From Syntrophales bacterium (GTDB lineage: Bacteria; Desulfobacterota; Syntrophia; Syntrophales; UBA2210): a stretch of 64,000 nt of DNA. Positions within the stretch are counted from its first letter, which is position 1; every line of letters starts with the position of its first letter. Below are positions 46,801 through 54,500 of this stretch, in pieces. The position numbers and the translations under genes are program-made. The DNA lies in NCBI GenBank assembly GCA_963666365.2, contig CAXXNF010000001.1, forward strand, positions 217,281 through 281,280, written 5' to 3'. Under the pieces are notes generated by a model. The model ran no database searches. It saw only the letters and a list, made by a program, of their open reading frames with translations, and was not told the DNA's origin.

Positions 46801-46856
46801 AGGCACAGGAAAAGGATAAGACGTACCCTGGGAAGAGAATGGCCGGGTATTCTCAT
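37833..46856 (-). CDS. 3007-aa secreted/surface multidomain protein: helical N-region, right-handed beta-helix (CASH/NosD-like) segments, 4 DUF1566-like domains, about 12 Ig-like InlB-B-type repeats, a DUF11-like repeat and a C-terminal dockerin-like module
   Basis: N-terminal signal peptide. Beta-helix stretches include NCTIGGNHIQ..NNVIEGNRIY..GNRIFSNALF. The DUF1566 hallmark DWR(L/V/M)P..(E)L.SL occurs four times. Many roughly 70-aa repeats follow Y(T/I)(V/I)TA.AG.GG.I.P.G...V..G....(Y/F).I..D.G(Y/F).(I/V).DV.VDG.S.G....Y.F..(V/I)..DH.(I/V)EA.F. A DUF11-like LTYTITVTNRGPDDAQSV is present. The protein ends GDFNNDGEVGLADSVILLQVIAG...GDVNGDGKAGVEDLIYTLRKSAG. Confidence 0.85.
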   Translation of the reverse strand: MRIPGHSLPRVRLILFLCLILWLPRYVPAACHSGCANCAADIPYSTSSAGNTVCEDACADPYPGLQLSQADLFVLRHKLSYFLFAYQQYRSAMYHHFEMFQNMTPYSDHVDMKTLGPLYAEDFQKIKEIEAIRNADDGAVFLMKEAKEKVSFDNLAKEGAGALVEYAMEYLGVPPLLMPLQTFKNNAAFLATSTLAGLSGMMDNFYRGAAELYLYRAWQDSWGDELYEVGSNLVEPADQTGAAIKNLSDAVALIDAGFSYGATAEANMAAVDALRASLSAGKAVAGAVHVKASTTKTRLGYGWIQQWILSALSTAGMDPLADVGDVDGNGTNDMLYEAILLAWMGELRGLEGLAALHADTVTEYTRPRVQTLVFTAPSESDETAGVDRYPVPSIGDLSAYVADDLPETATHTVGPGRQYATIQAAVDASTPGDSIEIFPKGDGEYYEEPVRIATPNLTLFCRDRENPAVAARPEGEHYLDYGFRIAASGVRLYNMRILRTVTGIILDGADNCTIGGNHIQWSCCGIAINNGNNNVIEGNRIYETLANALRVERGYGNRIFSNALFLKNGVEGGAAAYDGGANAWDDGNSTGNAWSDYSGTGSYCIAAGKEKDDRVYGAADVPAGTALELKIFIEGLFGNDDYTVDIYFGDPANGGQCINDAPLDVSRWGSRGIARMTWDTSGYFGPQDIYATLLVDGGNKVSEKVILRPRGTFDATGPVYAADLRDIQAGDLLTVNGGDIVWVPSPYTSPAVEVASGGALSVGDAVFSNTDSLPIRVAEGGTLSLAGTQMGAKVSLVYGTTPLIPNYSPPASDFAVDLDGQSITLVKAGPLLLTDCAFPDYGLSISGASGVSLEGVTCRELTLSNMDFSATVSGRLRDSAIEKISLSGCNNFDIENMDFSGTETPLFLSDCENITVEACTFNRTSANAIAGEGLLKNIVIRENVFAGCEGGIEFSIDNGSSHIDVSSNSFDGLWNSSFYGIAVAGTSLLNAADLVIGKNIFSDASSVTGLRLQNVAGAKVHDNVFDDLDCGMSLIGCNSVVSWHNSFIYCSAIDDGGNQWSFEGWGNYWYDHVCSNPDPVHPGVCLDAYGNDNGVSDEYPLTGKGAPAGVVEIPQTAYWDGLADHYSCYDDDGYSIDCAGSGQDGDARAGVAWPEERFTELGDGTVRDNLTGLVWYGDGNPVGSHYPAFDGDGNADGRVTWHHALAFVAGVNDGTFGDCAAGYNDWRLPNVNELISLMENDEFTTAQFIGPRGFNNVPADALYWSSTCDNNADFVYAWGADFGETRRIDRFFRDEIGVSSPDTLHVLLVRGGQENDRDPLYPANVAKTGQGASHSAASGDDGDTRRGVAWPDPRFVDNGDGTVTDALTGLVWMKNASPAATAGYSGGTLTWRQALDFVAALNDETYYNHEIYPNLNAGYADWRLPNFKELESLVDFSRYDPSLAEGHPFINVAGSCWSSTNVLLDPSMAYYVSFSKGRFGRSEKANEYALWPVRGGRVEKGNDPVIGVNRSVRDFGSVDVGADPSYDHVLEVTIGNSGAGDLTLGPVYLFGGDRDDFYFLYHSPPSNAVIMPSQQIQCSVGFAPLSRGVKKTFLIITSDDPHYPSVTVPLTGTGIAHTLTVDFSGNGSGEVEISAEGYDTIRAREDTELVLNPGTLVRLYPLADEGTAAGQWSGACTGTGSATLTMDGDTQAVITFTLRTLEIVSSIRDTEYHVAGGRIDPAGTTTVNYGGDSTYRITPDTYYNIADLRVDGLSAGVSDSYIFTGVTEDHTIEAVFELQKFIVTGTAGAHGTISPSGPQVVDATYGITFDITPDEGYHVADVTDNGLSVGAVSSYEIGIVEEDHIVEATFAVTTYSVTPCAAPHVVFTPSETQTVPHGGSCSFSVDAETGYAIADVCVNGVSIGAVDAWTFDAVTSDQTICAVAVEVHRITATAGYQGAIAPAGVSSFPAGSDATFVITPDVGYEIDDVRIDGVSIGAVDSYTFSDIHADHTIDVSFRIRTFTVDIAAGAGGAVIPAGSRVIEYGDSLVIAITPDEGFETAQVVVDGTDRGPVAGSLLLSYIEADHVVEVVFHEISYPITPAFSGQRTSYAQGDDGDLHVGPPWPEPRFTDNGDGTITDHYTGLMWIGRIDLFGDLAPTWQDTFALVQSLNVSSQNYVNYGYSASYNDWRVPNVFEMTSLVMNGRESNVVEWLNSFGFSLYSMAFWTSTSFHSSSASAYRCSLGASAALSTIAKTNHYFFLPVRGRGSGSAKIPKTGQTESYATGDDGDLQRGLAAPAVRFKENGDGTVTDSMTGLQWLKKADPVGVLYPSYDTFGNCRNEGRVSWQMALDFIAGINDGTYRVSESPCTDWRMPAIYELASLFDVSKIYSEGGTIPGMPFEDVRSMYWSSTSRPADPATVAWVGNFWEMRIDAMSKEADMNGANVWPVRTVGLSDMEVSLSADADPVLAGEALTYTITVTNRGPDDAQSVRIVDTFPQDALFISADAGEGTVNTSDGEAQFVLSGLAAGASATVTLTLKAPRGADSLMNDATVKGPNIDPDESNNAVHMDTEVTRIYTFTLVREGNGGGVVLSIPGGIECGDLCSAEFLAGTEVTLLATPDETSNFGGFTGVESWSGTTCTISVDRDREIGAVFTLKRYTVTAIAGAGGTIWPPGASEYDHGTSGVVYTIDADWGHYIEDVHVDGVSQGPIDSYTFDDIASDHTVEATFGTVQYTISADAGSGGWIDPSGEAPVYHGGDLTFTIGADEGFHVSSVIVDGLVLPEPVDTYTFIEVTNDYHSIAAWFEANRYIISATAGAGGYIDPAGDSTVTHGGEITYYMGAGANYHLEDVLVDGLSVGPVETYVFSNVNEGHAIEARFALNEHEITPVSSGRGKILPSEPVYLEDHESYMWMFVPDPGASLIDVAVDGMSVLAAVIPADPLYGMPAHYTLSDVIADHVIEAVFSSEYIRGDFNNDGEVGLADSVILLQVIAGTVPDDCFVTGDVNGDGKAGVEDLIYTLRKSAGLP

Positions 46857-46871
46857 TACAACTTACCTCAT

Positions 46872-46958
46872 AGGGACACTTCCCTATTTTTGTGCGTGAG
46901 ATCCACGTATCCGCATTTATATCAGTGCCTTACACACCATAAATTGGGAAGTGTCCCC
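46872..46958. repeat. MITE/REP-like inverted-repeat element, copy 2
   Basis: AGGGACACTTCCCTATTTTTGT ... AAATTGGGAAGTGTCCCCTTTT. The core (GCATTTATATCAGTGCCTTACA) is homologous to copy 1 (CATTTTTATATCATGCACTTACA). It sits between the RND operon end and the giant gene start. Confidence 0.8.
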
Positions 46959-47017
46959 TTTTGTTACCTTTTGTTATTTTTTTATGCGGTATGAATGGTT
47001 TTGAGTCAAGATAAAAG

Positions 47018-50000
47018 TCATGACCTTTTCCTTCCGTTCACAATGCTGATGAGAACGGGAACTACATTCAGTGTGAGAAGGGTGGCGAAGGCCAGGCCGA
47101 AGATCACGGCCACGGCCATGGGCCCCCACCACTGGGACGACTCGCCGCCGATATTCCACTCCATTTTGCTGAAATCGAAGCTGATGCCCGTCGCCATGGG
47201 AAGAAGCCCCAGTATGGTGGTGACGGCCGTCAGCATGACCGGCCGGAAACGGACAAGGCCTGCCTGGATGACGGCCTCTGTCAATTCCAGACCGCGGTCC
47301 CGTAATTTATTATAATAGTCGATGAGTACGATGGTGTTGTTGACAACCACCCCGGCGAGACTGATGACACCAACGCCCGTCATGATAATTCCGAAGGCCG
47401 TGCCGGTTACGAGAAGACCGATAAACACACCGATCAGCGAAAGCAGGACCGAGGTGAGAATGATCAGCGGTGTTGCAAAGGAGTTGAATTGCGTGATCAG
47501 TATCAAAAATATAATAAAGAGGGCGGCCACGAATGCCTTTTTGAGAAAGGTCGACGCCTTCTCCTGTTCCTGCTGCTCGCCGGTGAAGTTGAGCATATAT
47601 CCCCGGGGCCAGTCGAAATCAGCCAGGCGCTCCTTTATATCGGCAATGACATCATTAGCAAGGCGCCCCGACACATCACCGGAGATGGTGACGATCCGTT
47701 TCTGATTGAGCCGGTTGACGGCCCCGACGCCACTGCCCAGGCTTACCGACGCCACCGATGTCAGGGGAATCGGTTCACCCTGCGGTCCCGATACGGTAAT
47801 TCGCTTAACGCTTTCCACGCTTCGACGGTCGCGCTCGGGAAGCCGCGCAATGATGTCGTACTCATCCTTCCCCAGTCTGAAGACGCCTGCCTTGACGCCG
47901 TTGATGGCGGCCTTGACGGTATAGGCGATGGTAAAGGTATCGAGGCCCACCAGCGCCGCCTTTTCCCTGTCCACCCGCACCACGATCTCCGGTTTGCCCT
48001 TCACGAAGTTGTCCTTCAGATCGACAAGCCCCGGAACATCGCTAATCCGATTCCGTATGCGGTGGGCCAGGTCGCCAAGCACCAGGATATCATCGCCGGT
48101 AATTTCCATGTTGACCGGCGCGCCCGTGGGCGGTCCCTCTTCTTCTTTTTCCACCTGCACCTCGGCGCCTGTAATGACGGCCAGAATCCTCTCTCGTAAC
48201 TCCTTAATTATTTCCGAGGAGGGGCGGGAGCGGTCATGGAAGTCTTTGAAGTCGATGGCGACCCGGTTGATATGGGTCCCCGTTCCCCCCTGCGAGAAAG
48301 GATCGCCGCCGACGGAGCCCACGTTGGCGATGACATACTGGAGGTCTTCGTATTCGGCCGCGATCGCCTCGACCTGGCGCACCAGCCGGTCCGAGGCATC
48401 CAGATTGGTGCCTTCAGGCGCCTTCAGGAACACATAGGCCCTGCGAGGCTCCGTCTCGGGAAAAAATTCCACGCCCCTGCCGAAGAGAGAGAAGCTGCCG
48501 ATCGACCCGATCAAAAGCACAAAGGCCATGGTCATCACCGCACACCGGTGGCCCAGCGACCATTCAAGGATGCGCAAGTAGATCCGCTTGACCAGCGGAA
48601 GATGGTCTTCGTCCTCCTTGCCGAAAACGCCGCCTTTAACCGACTGGTACCGGGCCGAAAGGACGGGATTGATCACAAGGGCCACAAAAAGGGAAGAACT
48701 GAGGGCAAAGATCAGCGTCAGGGGCAGAAATCCCATGAACTCGCCCATGATGCCCGGCCAGAAAAGCATGGGGACAAAGGCGCCCAGGGTGGTCAAGGTC
48801 GAGGTAATGACAGGCCAGGCCACTTCATCCGTGCCGTTTTGTGCGGCCTCGACCCTCGACTCCCCTTCCTGCATGTGCCGGTAGATATTTTCCACGATCA
48901 CGATGCCGTTGTCGACGAGCATCCCCAGGGCGAGTATGAGGGAAAAAAGCACTACCATATTGAGCGTGATGCCACCGGCGGTGAGCATGAGGAAGGTCAT
49001 CAGCATGGAATAGGGGATGGCAAGCGCCACAAAGAGCGCCGACCGCCCGCCGATAAAAATAAAAATTACCGCCAGCACCAGGATCAGACCCGAAAGGATG
49101 TTGTTTTCCAGATCCGCCACCATCAGATTCACATCTTTCGACATATCCGAGGTGAGATCTATCTTCAGGGCGGGCGGAAGCAGCGGGCGAAGTTCGTCAA
49201 CCACCTTTTTCACCTCGTCGGTCACGGTGACAATATTCTCACCGCTTCGTTTCAGCACGGCAAGGGTGACACTCTGCTCGCCGTTTATCCTGCTTCGGGT
49301 CAAGGGGTCTTTGTAGCTGTCGCTGATGACCGCCAGATCTCTAAGATAGACGGGCTTCCCGTCCCTGACAAAGGCAACGAGCGAGAATATCTCGGCGGGG
49401 GTTTTATAATCCTCCGGCACGCGGACTAGGTACTTGATGGGACCGATATCCATACTCCCGCTGGGCATGTTTACATTGCCCCGCTCCACCGCGGCAATCA
49501 ACGTGGAAAAGGGCACGTTATAGGCGGCCACTCGATCCAGGTCAAATTCGACATGGATCTCCCGTTCGAGACCGCCCGTCAGGCGCGCCTCCAGCACTCC
49601 CGGCACCGCTTCAATCCTGTCCTCGAATTCATCGGCAAACGTCTTGAGGCGGCGCAGGCTGAAGGGTCCCGAAAGCACCACGCGAATGACGGGATAATCG
49701 GACAAGTTGAACTCCTGAATCACCGGATCATCGGGAAGCTCTGCGGGAAGATCCGATTTGGCCAGATCGACTTTGTCCCGCACCTTCTGAAGGGCGTCGT
49801 CGATATCGACCTTTGGCAGAAACTCGATCGCCACCGTGGAAATGCCTTCAGCCGAAGTGGAACGAATTTCTTCCACATCGGCAAGGCCTTTCAGCTTCCG
49901 CTCGATGGGCATAGTGATGAGCTTTTCCATATCCTCGGGCGCCACCCCCTCATAGGTGGTGGTGACAAAAATATAGGGAATAGTGATGTCGGGGAAGGAC

Positions 50001-50104
50001 TCGCGGGGAAGCGCGACATAGGCGTAGAGACCGGCAATGAGAATAACTGCCAGAAGCGCCAGGACCGTTGCCTGCCGTGTGAGCGCAGCCCGATTGACGA
50101 TCAT
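47018..50104 (-). CDS. RND (AcrB/HAE1-type) efflux transporter permease
   Basis: 1028 aa with a 12-TM plus two large periplasmic loops layout. Typical N-terminus RAALTRQATVLALLAVILIAGLYAY...FPDITIP. Confidence 0.9.
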   Translation of the reverse strand: MIVNRAALTRQATVLALLAVILIAGLYAYVALPRESFPDITIPYIFVTTTYEGVAPEDMEKLITMPIERKLKGLADVEEIRSTSAEGISTVAIEFLPKVDIDDALQKVRDKVDLAKSDLPAELPDDPVIQEFNLSDYPVIRVVLSGPFSLRRLKTFADEFEDRIEAVPGVLEARLTGGLEREIHVEFDLDRVAAYNVPFSTLIAAVERGNVNMPSGSMDIGPIKYLVRVPEDYKTPAEIFSLVAFVRDGKPVYLRDLAVISDSYKDPLTRSRINGEQSVTLAVLKRSGENIVTVTDEVKKVVDELRPLLPPALKIDLTSDMSKDVNLMVADLENNILSGLILVLAVIFIFIGGRSALFVALAIPYSMLMTFLMLTAGGITLNMVVLFSLILALGMLVDNGIVIVENIYRHMQEGESRVEAAQNGTDEVAWPVITSTLTTLGAFVPMLFWPGIMGEFMGFLPLTLIFALSSSLFVALVINPVLSARYQSVKGGVFGKEDEDHLPLVKRIYLRILEWSLGHRCAVMTMAFVLLIGSIGSFSLFGRGVEFFPETEPRRAYVFLKAPEGTNLDASDRLVRQVEAIAAEYEDLQYVIANVGSVGGDPFSQGGTGTHINRVAIDFKDFHDRSRPSSEIIKELRERILAVITGAEVQVEKEEEGPPTGAPVNMEITGDDILVLGDLAHRIRNRISDVPGLVDLKDNFVKGKPEIVVRVDREKAALVGLDTFTIAYTVKAAINGVKAGVFRLGKDEYDIIARLPERDRRSVESVKRITVSGPQGEPIPLTSVASVSLGSGVGAVNRLNQKRIVTISGDVSGRLANDVIADIKERLADFDWPRGYMLNFTGEQQEQEKASTFLKKAFVAALFIIFLILITQFNSFATPLIILTSVLLSLIGVFIGLLVTGTAFGIIMTGVGVISLAGVVVNNTIVLIDYYNKLRDRGLELTEAVIQAGLVRFRPVMLTAVTTILGLLPMATGISFDFSKMEWNIGGESSQWWGPMAVAVIFGLAFATLLTLNVVPVLISIVNGRKRS

Positions 50105-51159
50105 TGCACCTGGACCCGCATCCCTTCTTCGATCTCGGTCTGTCCGGAAATCACGACATCATCCCCTGCCTCCAGGCCTTCGGCAATCTGAATGCGTTCC
50201 CCATTGATGACGCCGATTGATACGGTCCTGGCATGGGCGATGCCATCTTTCACCACAAAGAGCACCCGCTCACCCCCTTTATCGACCAGCGCTTCAAGGG
50301 GAACCGCCAGCGCGTTCTGAATGTGACGGCGCACAAAGGTCGCTCTCGCAATCATGCCGGGACGGATTACATGATCTCTGTTTTCAAGAATAATTCTGGT
50401 TTGAAAGGTTTTGGTGACCGGATCCGCCTTGTAGGCAACAAAATCGATAGGCTCCTCAAAGGTCATTTCGGGAAGGGCATCGACAGTGACTATTGCCTGG
50501 CGGCCCACCTTTATGTAGGGAACATCGATTTCGGGTACACTCACGTTAACCTTGACTTTATCGATATCCACCAGATCGATGACCGGGGCGCCCCGTCCGA
50601 CATACTCGCCCACATCGACATAGACCCTGTTTACGAGGCCCGCACAGGGGGACACCAGAAAGCCCCTTTTATACTCCACGCGAGCCCTACGGAGCGTACT
50701 TTCAGCCAGATCGCACTCCGTCTTGCTGCGATCGAATTCCTCCTGAGACGCCACTTTCCGTTCCAGGAGCTCTTTCCGGCGCTGGAATTGACTTTCGGCC
50801 AAGCGAAAGGATGCCTCGGCGCTGTCAAGGGCGGCCTTCAGGGCCGACACCTCAATCTTTGCGATGAGTTCCCCTGCCTTGATCCTGTCCCCTTCAGTGG
50901 GACCGACCCACTCCACCAGCCCATCCAGATCGGCGGCCAGACGGACATCCTCGTAGGGTTCCGTTTCTCCCGGCAGCAAAAGCAGATCCCTGATCGTTCC
51001 CGGCGTCACGTTCATAACCGACACCTTGACCGCCAGCCGCTCGGCAGCGGTCGACGCCGTATCCACCCTGTTATCGGAACATCCCATAAAGATCAGTGCA
51101 ATGATCAACGCGCATATCACTCGAATTATTATCGGGGGTACGGTAACGTTCATGACCAT
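50101..51159 (-). CDS. RND efflux periplasmic adaptor (membrane fusion protein), lipoprotein
   Basis: Lipobox LIFMGC, a coiled-coil hairpin region and beta-barrel motifs (VVISGQTEIEEGMRV). Overlaps the RND gene start by 4 nt. Confidence 0.85.
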   Translation of the reverse strand: MVMNVTVPPIIIRVICALIIALIFMGCSDNRVDTASTAAERLAVKVSVMNVTPGTIRDLLLLPGETEPYEDVRLAADLDGLVEWVGPTEGDRIKAGELIAKIEVSALKAALDSAEASFRLAESQFQRRKELLERKVASQEEFDRSKTECDLAESTLRRARVEYKRGFLVSPCAGLVNRVYVDVGEYVGRGAPVIDLVDIDKVKVNVSVPEIDVPYIKVGRQAIVTVDALPEMTFEEPIDFVAYKADPVTKTFQTRIILENRDHVIRPGMIARATFVRRHIQNALAVPLEALVDKGGERVLFVVKDGIAHARTVSIGVINGERIQIAEGLEAGDDVVISGQTEIEEGMRVQVQ

Positions 51160-51513
51160 CTCGCTCTCATATGCGTTCCTTGAAATGTGCTACTATAGGG
51201 CATTGTTCATTGTTTTCAAAGCATTTTATTCTCACTTTTTTCAAGGAATAGAAAACGTATAGACAGGGCATCACAATAATGTTATGTAGGAAATAATATT
51301 TTTTCAAAAGCACGTTAACAATTGAGCATGGCAATTGCAACGATGGTCTGAGTCATTCATATCACGCATACAGGACCGATCTCAGGCATGTTACCTGCGC
51401 TGCTCTTCTGAAGGGAAGTTTTCATACTTCATATCGACTTAAAATAAAATCTGTTTAGTACCATATAGTAACTATCGATGGCCTGAATCACGCCATCCTG
51501 AGGAGTGTATGAT

Positions 51514-54500
51514 ATGAACAGGCCTCTCAGCATAGTTCTTTCTTGTTTGATTCTTGTAATTTGCGTACTTGCAGCACCCTCTGCACCTCTGTTCGCCGAG
51601 CCCGGCTCGCTGCTCTGGAGATCGCCCCTGTCGAGCGGCGGTCCGTGCACCTGGTCCACACCCGTGGTAACAGGAAGCCGGTGCTATGTACAGGATCAGG
51701 AGGGCGGCATATACTGCTTTAACACGGCCGACGGTGAACAGCTCTGGTACAAGAAATTATCGGGCGGCTGGCCGACCGCGTCGCCTGTGTATAAAAACGG
51801 CAAGTTGTTCGTGTTTGCCGGAAGCGGCATCGATTTCGACGTTGTCGATACCGTCTACCGTCTCGATCCCCTCTCTTGCGGGGCTGTCGAAACGCAATTT
51901 ACGCCGGCGCCGGGCGTCGCCATCAGCGCAATGTCTCCTGCCGTTTCGGATACGATGGTCTACGTTCCCACATCATCGACCCTTTATGCCATCGATGCGG
52001 GCACCTTTGAAAAAGCATGGGAGATGTCAGTTCCGGGGGCAAGCGTCATTATCGGGGGAGAAATCCTCTATGTCCTCGCCGACAAGCTCTACGGCGTTGA
52101 TGCGCAAACCGGGAAAGAATACTGGCGCATGGACCCGCCCCACAGCACGGGATTCGATATGGGAGCCCTGTCGGGGGATATTTTGGTGGCGTATACAAAA
52201 TATTCGGGTTCGCCCGACTACGTATCCAAACTCCACGCCTTTCGACTGAGTCCGGAAAATATGGGTGCCTCCTTGCTGGCCACCTCCGTTGATCCTCCCT
52301 CATTGCTCTGGTCTTTCACGCCCACCGACCACGCATATTCGGATTGGTCCCCACCGGCCATAGACGCCAGCATATCGAGGGTGTATGCAGTAAACAGAGC
52401 CGGATATTTGTGGGCCTTCGATCTTGAAGGCGACGGGACTCTTCTCTGGAACAGGCCTGTCAGGGGAAGCGGAATGGCATCGGCAAAACCGGTCGCTCTT
52501 GACGGCAAGGTCTATATACAAGCGGCGGGAACTTCCGGAGAATACGGCACTCCTCACTGGCTTGTCTGTTATGATGTAAATGAACTGGAGAAGTTCTTGG
52601 AATATGATGATCCAAATGACCCGGATACGTTCTGGCAATCGGAATCGTTGGTGGATCTATGGAATGCAAACGCGACCCCGGAGGATATAGAACGACGGGC
52701 CCAATGGGAGGCGGACGGGTTCACCATCGGTGAGATGAAAACCGCCTGGGGCTCCCCGGCGGTCGTGAACGGCAAAGTTTATATAGCCACGGACCACGGC
52801 GGCGGAGTACTCGCCTTCGAAGGCGAACCGTCGGAGCACAGCTGGTACATGATCAGCCAGAATCCGCACCTTACCGGGTCAGTTGACGGGTCTCAGAAAG
52901 ACTTTTACAATTCCCCCTCCACTCTCGGCCTGTCCGTAGACAACGCCACCACCGCCTTCGGCTTCAGCGATCAGCCCCCCATGAGGATCGGGCTGCCCGA
53001 TTACCAGGTCAACACGGCAACGCTCAACCTTGTGTTGCAGGGAACCCTGTTCTGGATGAAAACCAGAGGCCCCTCCGTTGCCGCCGCACTGGTGTACAAC
53101 GCAGACCATACACTGCATTCCGGCCTGTTCGGTCACGGATGGCGCTTCGCCTATGAATCCACCGCAACCATCGGCTGCTCCAGCCACGCCATAGATATCC
53201 GCAAGGGAAGCGGGCAGGTCCTCACCTTCACATCGACCGAAGACCTGACCGCCGATCCCGACACCCTTGACTACCCTCTGGAACTTACCCCCCCCACGGG
53301 TAATTTCGACCGCGTCACCGTGTATGAAGGGTACTGCGAATGGTTTGAAAAATCCTCCCGGTTTACCTACCGGTATGACAAATCCACCCTGGAGGGATCG
53401 CAAATCTATTACCTCACCTCCATCACCGACCGGAACGGAAACCGCATTGACGTGGAGGTGGACCGGACAAACGGACACATCACCTCCGTCACCGGGCCGG
53501 CGGACCGCCAACTGACGATGACCTATGATGCCGACAGCCGCTGTACTCAGATTGCGACCCCGGCTTTCGATTCCCGATCCCTTGCCTTCGAATATGACGA
53601 AGAGGGGTTTCTCACGGCGGTTACCGACATGGCGGGCTACCGCAGCACCTACGAATACGATGACGACGGATACATGACCAGGATGACCCGGGACAGCCAC
53701 TGGGCGACCTTCGAATACGCATCCCGGGGATCGGGCCTGGGGAAATACGTGACGAAGGTCACGGACAGCGATGTCGGGTGGACCCTCTATGAACTCCTGA
53801 AGCAGGACCCGGTGGAGGTGCGGCGTACCAGCCGGCAGGGCAAGGCGAGGATTTTCAAAAGCAACGACGGCCTGACCGGGTCGGTAACGGACCCCCTGGG
53901 CAACGTCAGCACCATCGGATACGAGAACAAGCTGCCCGTCAGCTTCAAGGACAGAAACGGGCACATAGAGCGTCTGGTATACGACAACCGGGGAAATGTC
54001 ACCACACAGATAGACGCCCTGAACCGTTGGACCCGGTTTTCGTACAACAGCGATGACACGCTTCACTCCATGACCAACCCGCTTTCCGAAACCTGGTACT
54101 ACGCATACGACTCGCATCAGAACCTGACACGAGTCACCTCGCCCGAAGGCAACATCACACAGATCAGCTACGACAGTTACGGTCAGGTCAATAAAATTAC
54201 CGATCCCAACGGCCATGTCACCGATTATTATTACGACATCTGGGGCAATCTGAAAACCGTGGAAGATCCCCTGGGCAATGTCACCCGGTTCGGCTATGAC
54301 GGATCCCATCTCCATTGCATATACATCACCGATGCACGGGATAATGAAAAACAGATACTCTACGACGACAACGACCGCCTGAGCCGCGTCTATTATGGGC
54401 CGGACTACGAAGGACCCAGCGTACGCAACGAGTTTGACGCCTTCTGGCAAATCAGGGCGACCGACGAAAACGGCAACCAGACACGGGTCGAGCGAAACCG

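Noticed and set aside
37833-46856. A diversity-generating retroelement targeting the DUF1566-like (C-type-lectin-fold) domains, or explaining the identical RHS tracts.
   Set aside because: No reverse transcriptase gene is in the window. The four DUF1566-like C-termini are deeply diverged from each other rather than forming VR/TR-like pairs. The 1.3-kb RHS repeat is identical, with no adenine-specific mismatches.
46913-46930. A sigma-54 promoter-like string (AGGCAC...ATGC on the minus strand) upstream of the 9-kb gene.
   Set aside because: The GG-to-GC spacing is 3 nt too long for a -24/-12 element. The string lies inside the repeat-element core, and the other copy lacks the GGCAC.
52879-54450. 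Very long antisense ORFs inside real genes. Examples: 52879-54450 and 59045-60328 inside the RHS genes; 9008-10486, 13017-14147, 14271-15497, 22155-23225, 38604-39935 and 48236-49429 inside other genes.
   Set aside because: Their translations are low-complexity, Arg/Gly/Pro/His-rich and motif-free. They lie exactly opposite ORFs with strong family signatures. Open antisense frames are expected in GC-rich genes with strong codon bias.
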